Below, one piece after another: positions 1 to 8,040 of a stretch of 58,643 bases of DNA. Numbering within the stretch: position 1 is the stretch's first letter; the number at the start of each line of letters is the position of its first letter. A program made the position numbers and the translations under genes. The notes below the pieces were generated by a model that saw nothing but the letters and a program-made list of their open reading frames with translations, did not search any database and was not told the origin of the DNA. Location of the stretch: positions 1 to 58,643 of the IMG/VR virus record IMGVR_UViG_3300033552_000006. The stretch is one strand, 5' to 3'. The DNA comes from a virus (lineage: Duplodnaviria; Caudoviricetes).

Positions 1-185
1 GTAAGGAACAATGCCACACATCATTATGCCCAAACCACTGATAAATTACATGATCTGGAATGAGGAGGCGAAGCAAGAGGTGTACTGTTTACGAGCATTA
101 ACACGCCTTTACACAATAAATAGTTGCTCTTAAATTCCAAACTAGGCGTATTTGGCTCTAGTTATAGTTTTGATTGCAATTTTGG

Positions 186-249
186 TTGTGATAATTGGCT
201 TACTGCGTAATTGGGGTGCAGTTTTTTTGTGATAATTGGCTTACTGCGT
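186..249. repeat. 23-bp perfect direct repeat TTGTGATAATTGGCTTACTGCGT (186-208, 227-249)
   Basis: Read directly; lies immediately downstream of the ssb stop codon. Confidence 0.9.
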
Positions 250-593
250 TATAAGAATAGAATGTCTTCTACTATTATATCAGTAGTGTACATTGTTATT
301 GGTTCTTTGACGCCTTTGATTTTCTTATCGTATGATCTATTGGAGAGCTCTCCTTTGATTAGGACATGCTTGCCTTGTTTGATATACTTATTTACAATTT
401 CGGCTGTCTTGCCCCATGCTACGACTCTGTGGAACGTAGCGTTCTCCACTTTATTACCTTGTTTGTCGGTATAAGTGTTATTTGTTGCTACTCTGAATGT
501 GCTGGCTACTCTGCCTGATTCAAGAGTCTTGGTGATTGGGTTGTTTACTACGTTGCCAATCAATTGTACTGAGTTTTGAAGCGTTGCTTTCAT
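249..593 (-). CDS. ssb: single-stranded DNA-binding protein (OB fold, no acidic C-tail)
   Basis: NSVQLIGNV, FRVATN, FHRVVAWGKTAE, KGKHVLIKGEL-type SSB motifs. Confidence 0.93.
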   Translation of the reverse strand: MKATLQNSVQLIGNVVNNPITKTLESGRVASTFRVATNNTYTDKQGNKVENATFHRVVAWGKTAEIVNKYIKQGKHVLIKGELSNRSYDKKIKGVKEPITMYTTDIIVEDILFL

Positions 594-655
594 AATATAG
601 CGTGGTTAGTTATAGTCCACGAACTGTTATTGCCTATTGTTTAGGACTTAGTTAG

Positions 656-715
656 AGGGCAAGGCGGGAATCGAACCCGCAATGCAATGAAGTGATAGCC
701 TATTTCCACTTGCCC
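656..715 (-). ncRNA. tRNA-like element lacking an anticodon arm (about 60 nt)
   Basis: Minus strand: acceptor stem GGGCAAG/CTTGCCC, T-arm GCGGG-TTCGATT-CCCGC, only 28 nt between acceptor 5' strand and T-arm; no encoded CCA. Confidence 0.65.
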
Positions 716-726
716 GACCATTGTTA

Positions 727-1263
727 TTATACTGCAGCAGGTACAGTCATTACAGGTGTAGCAGTTTTGCGCTTGTTAATTGGAATAAATGGAACTTCTT
801 CTTTTACAACTGGTGGTGCCGGAACTACAGTTTCCTTTGGTGTTAGTATAACTTTTTTAGCTACAGGTGGAACTTCCACTGTTGGTGTTACAACTGTTGG
901 TGCGGCGATGTGCTCAACACCTTCAAGCTTGTCAATTTTAGCTGTTAGTTTTTCTACGTTAGCTTTAGCTTTATCGATATCTTGTTGTCTGTATCTGTCA
1001 AGCTTAGCTTGAACTTTGTCTTTTTGTTGTAATGCGAAACCTACTGCTTTAGCCATTTTTTCTTGAGTGTACGATTGGCGGGCCATTACAGTTTCAATTA
1101 TTGGTGTTCCATCAATCATATTGATTACGTTGGCTTCTGTTAATGATAGCAAGTCTGCTGATGTTTGCAGGATGATGTGAGGTATACATACTACTGCTTT
1201 AACTGTTGCTACTGCCATTGATTGTGCTTGAACTTTTACTGAATTGTTTGAAGAATTTTTCAT
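727..1263 (-). CDS. hypothetical protein with coiled coil and Pro/Val/Thr-rich tail; paralog of 2154-2432
   Basis: ORF track 727-1329; ATG at 1263 preferred because its leader (ATATTATG) matches that of ssb. Confidence 0.7.
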   Translation of the reverse strand: MKNSSNNSVKVQAQSMAVATVKAVVCIPHIILQTSADLLSLTEANVINMIDGTPIIETVMARQSYTQEKMAKAVGFALQQKDKVQAKLDRYRQQDIDKAKANVEKLTAKIDKLEGVEHIAAPTVVTPTVEVPPVAKKVILTPKETVVPAPPVVKEEVPFIPINKRKTATPVMTVPAAV

Positions 1264-1387
1264 AATATTAGTGCGTGACTCGCCAGTGTTTTGGGTCTTA
1301 TGGTTGTGCCCGTTTGATTGCTTATGCAATTTGTAGCCTACCTCGGTTTCGCTCCGAGCATAGGTTTAGTTATTATTTAATTTGTTT

Positions 1388-1702
1388 TTATTTATTGTAG
1401 GTTTCACGAACATATGGTGCGTAGAGTAATGTGTAGCCAATGGTTGCGAATAGCAAGGCCATAGCTATAGATACACCAAAGTGTACTTTGGAATATACTG
1501 CGAAGCAGAATAGTAATATATCTACTAGGTGTGATGTCTTAGCTACTATCCATTTTACCGCCGGTACTGCTTCGCATAGGAATACGAATGATAGTAGTGT
1601 GACTAGTCCTGTAAATGCGTAGCCAATAATGTTGCCGCCAATGATCATGGCAACAATGAATATGCCTATGTAAATTACTAGGCTGTTAGTTCTGTTTTTC
1701 AT
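1388..1702 (-). CDS. hypothetical membrane protein (3-4 TM helices)
   Basis: Long hydrophobic segments throughout the 104 aa. Confidence 0.75.
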   Translation of the reverse strand: MKNRTNSLVIYIGIFIVAMIIGGNIIGYAFTGLVTLLSFVFLCEAVPAVKWIVAKTSHLVDILLFCFAVYSKVHFGVSIAMALLFATIGYTLLYAPYVRETYNK

Positions 1703-1703
1703 G

Positions 1704-1889
1704 TTAGTTGATTATTGATAGTTCGTTACCGACTGTGTATATTCTGTTGAGGTGGAGTTTAACCACGCTTGTGTTTTGATTGTAGGCATAGTAGTAATGT
1801 CTAACTACCATGTAGCTGATCTCATATAGCTCTGATAATACTTTTATGATGCGTACATCTACCGATTGTGTTTTGATACGTGTTCTCAT
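1704..1889 (-). CDS. hypothetical protein
   Basis: Tightly packed ORF in the leftward operon. Confidence 0.55.
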   Translation of the reverse strand: MRTRIKTQSVDVRIIKVLSELYEISYMVVRHYYYAYNQNTSVVKLHLNRIYTVGNELSIIN

Positions 1890-1892
1890 GGC

Positions 1893-2084
1893 TTAGTTGA
1901 ATAGGTTATTGATTTGATCTTCGATGGAGTCTAGTTTTATGCTATAGTCCATTAATGTTTCGCAGTCATCTTCTGACCATTTCCCTTCCGGAAGGTTGTT
2001 TTTAAAGAATACTAATCTATTATGCACTTCTAATGCGTCTTGTTGTAACGCTACCAATACTTCTTGTGGATCTAATACTAACAT
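1893..2084 (-). CDS. hypothetical protein
   Basis: Tightly packed ORF, A-rich leader. Confidence 0.6.
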   Translation of the reverse strand: MLVLDPQEVLVALQQDALEVHNRLVFFKNNLPEGKWSEDDCETLMDYSIKLDSIEDQINNLFN

Positions 2085-2153
2085 GATATTTGTTTGCCTA
2101 TTCTTGGGCTATGAGGACATTGATAGCTTGCTTATTTGTTATTGAATTTGTTT

Positions 2154-2432
2154 TTATTTTACCTCTACGCTTGGTTTGTAGCCTGATAGCTTAACACGTA
2201 GTTTATCCAACTTTTGGTTGGTGATAGCGGAGCGATAGTTAACGCTGTCTTGGACAGATATGCTCTTGTCTATCTTGTTGACGATGTGTGCCTCGCTGTA
2301 CATAATTATGTCGGCTAAGCCTGTTGCTAGCATGTGAGCTACGCCGAATGATTGTTGAACTAGGTTGATTGCAACGTCTTTGTTTGAGATTGCTGTTGGT
2401 GCTACTGCTGTAGCTACTGTATTTGTATTCAT
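2154..2432 (-). CDS. hypothetical protein, paralog of 727-1263
   Basis: Shared pattern H-x7-D-x5-EA-x3-N-x-ID...V-x2-R-x3-T-x2-K. Confidence 0.7.
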   Translation of the reverse strand: MNTNTVATAVAPTAISNKDVAINLVQQSFGVAHMLATGLADIIMYSEAHIVNKIDKSISVQDSVNYRSAITNQKLDKLRVKLSGYKPSVEVK

Positions 2433-2490
2433 AGTGAATGGTTTTAAGTAGAAGTTTATTTAATTCTACTTTTTATTTAATTTGTTTTTA

Positions 2491-2530
2491 GGCCCCCCGG
2501 CTTCGAAGTTTCGAGAAAGGCGGGGGGGTT
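2491..2530. other. GC-rich hairpin (CCCCCCG...CGGGGGGG) at the divergence point
   Basis: Inverted repeat with an inner TCGA-AGTT-TCGA stem in very AT-rich surroundings. Confidence 0.75.
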
Positions 2531-2586
2531 TTGTATATAAGCAACACATCCGCATAAATTATTTGTAAAATTATTTGTAGGCGTTA

Positions 2587-2617
2587 TTTGTAGGTACGTA
2601 ATTATTGCGTATGTTTG
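2587..2617 (+). promoter_or_regulatory. Bacteroidota primary-sigma promoter
   Basis: TTTG (2587-2590) - 19 nt - TATGTTTG (2610-2617) matches the -33/-7 consensus TTTG-N19-21-TAnnTTTG. Confidence 0.7.
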
Positions 2618-2740
2618 TCAAGATGATTGTTAAGGGTTAATAATTTAATTTAACGGAGAGGGATCGAAGTATTTTATTTTTTAAGCCCTTTGCGGTTATT
2701 TTTTTTTAAAGCGGCGATATCGCCATAATTAAAAATTGGT

Positions 2741-2950
2741 ATGGACAATACGATAAGAGAATTAATTTACAAGATGGAATGTAAGGGTTTTGATATTTTA
2801 GAAATTCATTTTTATCTTGATTTTGTTTGGATGGTTGTTTCTATTTATGTTCTTGCTCCTAGTGATTATGAAAAAAAGGTTTGCAAAGAGCGTTTGGCGC
2901 AAGCGCATATAGAGATTGATTTTACGGGATATAAAAAACAAAAATTATGA
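2741..2950 (+). CDS. hypothetical protein
   Basis: First ORF after the promoter; ATGA overlap with the next gene. Confidence 0.55.
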   Translation: MDNTIRELIYKMECKGFDILEIHFYLDFVWMVVSIYVLAPSDYEKKVCKERLAQAHIEIDFTGYKKQKL

Positions 2951-3150
2951 AAATAGAGTATGTAAAGCCGGGAAGCGATAAGATGACTGTTGTTTCTGGG
3001 AGTATGAAAAGCGTTAATAGGGCTATGGACGGGGTTTCAGCAAATATCATGAATATTACATTTGCGACTAATAGTGTTGAGGATGTGGACAAGGCTATAA
3101 AATTTTTGAATAGTATTAAAATTTGTCATGTATTAACAAAATCTTTATAA
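2947..3150 (+). CDS. hypothetical protein
   Basis: Translationally coupled ORF. Confidence 0.55.
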   Translation: MKIEYVKPGSDKMTVVSGSMKSVNRAMDGVSANIMNITFATNSVEDVDKAIKFLNSIKICHVLTKSL

Positions 3151-3158
3151 ACTTTAGC

Positions 3159-3923
3159 ATGGCAAAGCGAGACAAAAAGAAAATAATTAAAGTTGCTGTT
3201 ATTGGAAATGGAAAAATGTTACGCGGATTGAGTTTTAATATGGCAGCAATTAATTTAGCGTTGTATGGTTCTGTAGATCCAGATACAAAAATGCTTTGCG
3301 AGGCATCAAAAAAAATGTGGGAATGTGCTTATCCAAAACTTAGAAGAGGAAATAATTTTGGTATTCCAATAATTTTTGGAACGGCAGGAGATAATTTACC
3401 TTCTCAAGAATATTACAAAAAAATGATGCTAGGAGATTTTAATTTTCAAGATGTATTTGTTCCAATTAAACAACTTGTCATTGGAAAAAGCATGATAGAG
3501 CAGATAAATGAAAGTATTAAAAAAGGTGAATATTTACCTCAAGAAGAAATCGTTCGTAAAATGTCTATAAGAGAAGCACCACCGATTCCTTTATTTGAAT
3601 ATTTAAATGAATATCCACTTACACCAAAACAATGTTATAATACTATAAACCCGATTGCAAGGGAAAGTGCTACAATGCGTATGGAAGATAAAGTAAAAAC
3701 ATTAGGGGAAAAAAGATGCGGTGTTAATGATAACGGTGATGTTTATTCTACTCAAGGAATAATCAGAAAAAATACTGCATCGCTTATTGATTTGTGTGAA
3801 ACCATGAGAGGTGATAAGAACACTAATGGTGGTAGTCCGGAAAAACAACGTTTAATTTCACTTGCTCAAACTGCTTATCAAGAAGCAAAAATGTGGGCAA
3901 TCGAAGCAAGTTTTACAGAGTAA
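3159..3923 (+). CDS. fusion of a terminase-ATPase-like fragment and a C-terminal Acb2-like (cyclic nucleotide sponge) domain
   Basis: FGIPIIFGTAG / VFVP / EYPLT resemble TerL FGTPLIYGTGG / VFIP / SYPIK; C-terminal RLISLAQTAYQEAKMWAIEA resembles the Acb2 (T4 Vs.4) A-x-T-x3-EA-x-MWA motif; possible internal start at 3681. Confidence 0.65.
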   Translation: MAKRDKKKIIKVAVIGNGKMLRGLSFNMAAINLALYGSVDPDTKMLCEASKKMWECAYPKLRRGNNFGIPIIFGTAGDNLPSQEYYKKMMLGDFNFQDVFVPIKQLVIGKSMIEQINESIKKGEYLPQEEIVRKMSIREAPPIPLFEYLNEYPLTPKQCYNTINPIARESATMRMEDKVKTLGEKRCGVNDNGDVYSTQGIIRKNTASLIDLCETMRGDKNTNGGSPEKQRLISLAQTAYQEAKMWAIEASFTE

Positions 3924-3925
3924 TC

Positions 3926-4159
3926 ATGGCAAATACAGTAGAGAATTTCGACATGATTGCTGTAAGTAGCAGCAATCTTAAGGCTATTGGTTATAGCGAA
4001 GGGGTGATTAGAATTGAATTTATTAGAGGTTCTAAGTATGACTACTCGCCTTGCACAAAAGAAGAATTTGTTCAAGGGGTAAACTCAGGGAGTGTAAGTG
4101 GTTGGTTCAATACCATCAAGGCTACCAAGAACGCTAAAAAAGTGGAGAGTGATGGCTAA
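3926..4159 (+). CDS. KTSC domain protein
   Basis: VSSSNLKAIGY...IEF..GSKYDY...S.S...WFN.IK pattern. Confidence 0.85.
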   Translation: MANTVENFDMIAVSSSNLKAIGYSEGVIRIEFIRGSKYDYSPCTKEEFVQGVNSGSVSGWFNTIKATKNAKKVESDG

Positions 4160-4616
4160 GATATTTAACCCAAATACAGAACCTATAGAACTGGAGAATT
4201 TACCAAAGGGGAATAATAGAAAAGTAAGTGTTTTATTGAACTATATTTTGGGTTCAGTTTTGATTTTAGCATTAGGTTTATTTATAATTATTATAGGGGG
4301 AAAAAAAGAAGAGATAGATAAAGATAAAGGAATTATGGGATTAGAAAAACTAATAGAAATGCAAAACGGAAACATACTTACCCAAGAGGTAGAATATGAA
4401 ACCAGTAAAAAGATAGATCCGAAAGATACTTCGGGCATTTTCTTTGAAGTAGTAAACGGAAACGACAAGTTTCAAGAAGGGGATTTGGTAAAGTTCAACC
4501 ACCGCTTTAGAGAGCTTCAGCAGATTGAAGGAAAAGAATACTGCGTAATAGATCCAAGTCAAATCCAATTTAAAATCAAAAAAGAAGATGTCAAAGCAGA
4601 TATACTTAAGCGATAG
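4152..4616 (+). CDS. groES: GroES-like co-chaperonin with an in-frame N-terminal TM extension (alternative start 4335)
   Basis: EGDLVKF...IEGKEYCVI...I motif; directly upstream of and overlapping groEL. Confidence 0.65.
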   Translation: MAKIFNPNTEPIELENLPKGNNRKVSVLLNYILGSVLILALGLFIIIIGGKKEEIDKDKGIMGLEKLIEMQNGNILTQEVEYETSKKIDPKDTSGIFFEVVNGNDKFQEGDLVKFNHRFRELQQIEGKEYCVIDPSQIQFKIKKEDVKADILKR

Positions 4617-6138
4617 TCAAACTAAGATTATGGAAGGCATCAACTTACTGGCTGATGCAGTGCAAAGCACATTAGGTCCTTCGGGAAAAACAGTTATTAT
4701 TGCCGAGGAAGGTGACGAACCGTTTGCCACCAAAGATGGGGTAACGGTAGCCAATTGTATGAACAGTCGCGATCCTGTTATAAATGTGGGAATGCAGCTT
4801 ATCAAGAAAGTGGCAAGCAAAATGGATTTTGATTCAGGGGATGGTACCACAACGGTAACGGTATTGTGCCGGGCACTCATAAAACATGGGCTGGAACTTA
4901 AAGCCAAAAAAGGCTTTGACGAACATGCTTTCAAAGAAACTATTTACACTTGTTTGGGCAGAACCATTTATGAATTGAAAAAACATTCAAGAGAAGTTTT
5001 ATTGGCAGATATCGGAAAAGTAGCTCTTACCTCCACCAACAACGACAAGTTCCTTGCCAACTTATTTCAAGAAGCTTTCAATAACTCTGGAACAGAAGGA
5101 TACATCAACATCGTGGAAAGCGTTACCGGTAAAAGCTACGTCGATATCATAAAGGGTTATGTAGTGGAATTGGGGTATATGGAAAGAGCATACGCCAATA
5201 ATCCACTGACAGGTTTCTTTGAAGCACCCAAATGTTCAGTGCTTGTTTATGACAATGAATTCACAAGCAAAAAAGAAATCATGGCGCTGATACGCGTAAA
5301 CAATGGTTATACAAATCCTTTGCCTATATTAATTATTGCAAAAGACTATTCCAAAGAAGTTCAGGGAATTGTAGAGTTTAACAATATGGACCGAACAGGC
5401 AACAAGATATGTCTGATTAAGAACCCGTTGCGTAACGACGAGTACAATACCATGTTGCAAGATATTGCACAATACACAAATGCAGAAGTGGCAAGTTCTT
5501 ATAGCGAGTACGATACGGAACTTGGAATAGCTTATGACTTGGTAGTCAAACAAGGCTATACAGTAATGGGAGAAATTCCAGAAACCGAAAGAAAAGTATT
5601 AGACACTTATCTTTCCTTGTTAGAACAAGCTTCGGAGCAAGAAAAATCAGGACATTATTCAGCCATGATGCTCAAAAGAGTTGCCCGTATGCGCCATGGA
5701 GTAACCACTTTTTACGTTGGTGGTGATTCTGATATTGAACTCAAGGAAAAAAAACACCGAGTAGAGGATGCTTATAAATCCTGTAAGGCAGCATTGAAAG
5801 ACAATGTAATTATGGGCGGTGGGCAAAGCTTGGTTCTGATCACCTTAAATTACAATCCAAAAGAGGAATATGAAATGGCTTTTTATAAAGCTATGTTTGA
5901 ACCTTTCAATATTATTCTAAAAAACTCGCTTCACAAAGACGATGATCGTGTAAATGTTTCCAAGCAAATTAAATGGGGATATGGTTACAATGCCAAGACC
6001 AGGGAATATGAAGACTTGCATGAATCAGGGATTATAGATCCGGTGAGTGTTCAAATCAATGCTCTTACTAATGCAGTAAGTATTGCCCTTACCGTTTTAT
6101 CAACAGAATGTTTAATCGTGGAGACACCAAATCAATAA
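4588..6138 (+). CDS. groEL: phage chaperonin GroEL
   Basis: TLGPSG, TKDGVTVA, GDGTTT, ELKEKKHRVEDA, GIIDP motifs; no GGM tail. Confidence 0.95.
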   Translation: MSKQIYLSDSQTKIMEGINLLADAVQSTLGPSGKTVIIAEEGDEPFATKDGVTVANCMNSRDPVINVGMQLIKKVASKMDFDSGDGTTTVTVLCRALIKHGLELKAKKGFDEHAFKETIYTCLGRTIYELKKHSREVLLADIGKVALTSTNNDKFLANLFQEAFNNSGTEGYINIVESVTGKSYVDIIKGYVVELGYMERAYANNPLTGFFEAPKCSVLVYDNEFTSKKEIMALIRVNNGYTNPLPILIIAKDYSKEVQGIVEFNNMDRTGNKICLIKNPLRNDEYNTMLQDIAQYTNAEVASSYSEYDTELGIAYDLVVKQGYTVMGEIPETERKVLDTYLSLLEQASEQEKSGHYSAMMLKRVARMRHGVTTFYVGGDSDIELKEKKHRVEDAYKSCKAALKDNVIMGGGQSLVLITLNYNPKEEYEMAFYKAMFEPFNIILKNSLHKDDDRVNVSKQIKWGYGYNAKTREYEDLHESGIIDPVSVQINALTNAVSIALTVLSTECLIVETPNQ

Positions 6139-6140
6139 CT

Positions 6141-6557
6141 ATGAATTTATCAAAATTAGGAGCACAAGAATTATTAAGCTATTCTACCATCATGGAGAAT
6201 ATCATCACTACTAACACCCAAATTCAAGGGGAAATCAAAGAGGCGGTAGAAAAAAACTTCTGCACCAAAGACGAGATTGAACCCATTTTTACGAAGTCGG
6301 TAAACGCTCATGACGAAGCCGATGAACTTTACGCTGGAATCCAAAAAGAATTGGACCTTAGAGCCAAAAAAGATTTGGGAATGAAGTTTGGAATCAGACG
6401 CACTCAATCTATAATTAAAGAACTTGATGCTTTTGTTGCTGCCAAAAATGAGCAAGGTAGATTTGCTGAAGAAAAAAGACAAGAGGAAGCTAAACGTATA
6501 TCCGCTGAAACGGCAAGCGATTTAAAAGTAGTCAAAGAAGATGCTGACGCTGAATAA
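6141..6557 (+). CDS. hypothetical helical protein
   Basis: ATG 2 nt after the groEL stop. Confidence 0.7.
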   Translation: MNLSKLGAQELLSYSTIMENIITTNTQIQGEIKEAVEKNFCTKDEIEPIFTKSVNAHDEADELYAGIQKELDLRAKKDLGMKFGIRRTQSIIKELDAFVAAKNEQGRFAEEKRQEEAKRISAETASDLKVVKEDADAE

Positions 6558-6849
6558 CACAATCATAAAAGATCCAATCTTAGCGAGTGATTATCAAATT
6601 CATTCGCTGAGAGATTGGTTTCCTTATGCTTTTACTGTTCCGGAACATATTGTCACCAACAAAGATAAAAAGGATTACAAGGCCGGGTTCTTAAATGAAC
6701 TGTATTCAATCGTATATCCTGACTTACTCAAGACACAAATATTCAAAGAAGTTACAGCAAGATTTGATATTTTTGTGGACGAAAGACAATACCAAAATAT
6801 GATTCGTGAATATAGTAAGAAAAAATATGTTATTTTTATTAAAAATTAA
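6541..6849 (+). CDS. hypothetical protein
   Basis: Overlapping ORF in the operon. Confidence 0.65.
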   Translation: MLTLNNTIIKDPILASDYQIHSLRDWFPYAFTVPEHIVTNKDKKDYKAGFLNELYSIVYPDLLKTQIFKEVTARFDIFVDERQYQNMIREYSKKKYVIFIKN

Positions 6850-6860
6850 ACCTACTTTTG

Positions 6861-7490
6861 ATGTACCTAATGCAACTGGATCCGTTTACGGGATTGATTA
6901 AAGAAGATGATGAATTAGATAGCTGGAAAGCTATTGAATCATTCAAAGAGCTTGTGAACAAGAAAGGGTATGGCATGAGAGCTTTAACCTGTGTAGCATT
7001 AGTTATGGATTACGGTTCGATTATTAAAAATTATAGCGAAAAAGAAAGACCTTTGAAAGCAATGGAGATTGTTTTTAACACCAGAAAAGCGATGCTTTGG
7101 AACTGTGACGAAATACAATTAGCCTGTATTAATTACAAAGAGTTACAATACAATCCTGCTTTGGAGGAAAAAAGTTTGTTGGACGAACTGAGGATAAGCA
7201 AATTGAATGAGATCAAAAACGCTGAATCTACATACGAGAAAACAAGAATGTTAAAAGAACTTTCCAACATCAATGATTTGCATGAAACTTTTGATAGAAA
7301 AAATAGTGCTAAAGACATGTTTGCTGAAAGTCCTGTTAGAAATGGATATAAATTATTAAGATTAGAAGTTAAAATTTTAGACAAAAAATCCTTTTATTAT
7401 GAGCGAAAAAAACGAGAAGCCGACCAAGAAGAGCGTAATAACGCCAAAGAAAACAGTAGCGACAACGCTAACGCCAGTACCAACAGCTAA
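6861..7490 (+). CDS. hypothetical protein, candidate small terminase subunit
   Basis: Helical protein with C-terminal coiled coil, two genes upstream of TerL; function inferred from position only. Confidence 0.4.
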   Translation: MYLMQLDPFTGLIKEDDELDSWKAIESFKELVNKKGYGMRALTCVALVMDYGSIIKNYSEKERPLKAMEIVFNTRKAMLWNCDEIQLACINYKELQYNPALEEKSLLDELRISKLNEIKNAESTYEKTRMLKELSNINDLHETFDRKNSAKDMFAESPVRNGYKLLRLEVKILDKKSFYYERKKREADQEERNNAKENSSDNANASTNS

Positions 7491-7932
7491 AGCTGAAGAA
7501 GTAAAAAAAGCGGAAACTCCTGTTGAGGAAAAACCTGCATTTGTTGAAGGAGTGACACTTTCAGATGATTTTATTCCGGGAACACAAAAAGGATTTGCTG
7601 ATGCAGATTTAGATAATCCTAAAAATGCTATTCCAAGTAAAGAACAAGTTGATGAAGAAACTGCTAGACAAAAAATTGGTGGTACAATTGAAACAATAGC
7701 AGATCAAGACATTGCTGAAAAAGAAGCAAAAGGTTATAAAAATGGCGCTTTAGGAGTTCAAGAAAATCCTGATTTTAAACCTAAAAAGCATGTTTTTGAA
7801 AAACCTGTTCATGCTTCTGAAAAAGCGCATTACGAAGAAATAGTAAAATCCAACAAGGAAACTATCTCTAGCTTGAGAAAGCAAGTGGCAGACCTTCAAG
7901 AAGAACTGGAAGCGACAAAGGTTTCAAAATAA
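7399..7932 (+). CDS. hypothetical low-complexity/coiled-coil protein
   Basis: Lys/Glu/Pro-rich ORF followed by a terminator. Confidence 0.7.
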   Translation: MSEKNEKPTKKSVITPKKTVATTLTPVPTAKAEEVKKAETPVEEKPAFVEGVTLSDDFIPGTQKGFADADLDNPKNAIPSKEQVDEETARQKIGGTIETIADQDIAEKEAKGYKNGALGVQENPDFKPKKHVFEKPVHASEKAHYEEIVKSNKETISSLRKQVADLQEELEATKVSK

Positions 7933-7988
7933 TAGTTCCGGATTACCTACAATCCGAAATAAAGAATCCTTTTTTTTATTGTTTTCCC

Positions 7989-8023
7989 AAAACAGCTTTC
8001 CATTGATTTGTGAAAGCTGTTTT
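7989..8023 (+). terminator. intrinsic terminator-like hairpin upstream of terL
   Basis: AAAACAGCTTTC...GAAAGCTGTTTT. Confidence 0.7.
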
Positions 8024-8040
8024 ACTTTAATCCCTAAATT

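Larger units (their letters stand above)
1373..2490 (-). repeat. dispersed 18-bp motif TAAAAACAAATT(A/C)AATAA, 3 copies (1373-1390, 2139-2156, 2473-2490)
   Basis: Two identical copies and one with a single mismatch, each upstream of a leftward gene. Confidence 0.7.

Noticed and set aside
11-133. 40-codon + strand ORF (MPHIIMPKPL...)
   Set aside because: Short, at the window edge, opposite to neighbouring genes and without recognisable motifs
186-249. Mini CRISPR array
   Set aside because: Only two repeats, an 18-nt spacer and no cas genes
656-715. Functional canonical tRNA gene or attP site
   Set aside because: No room for an anticodon arm and no integrase in the window; kept only as a tRNA-like element
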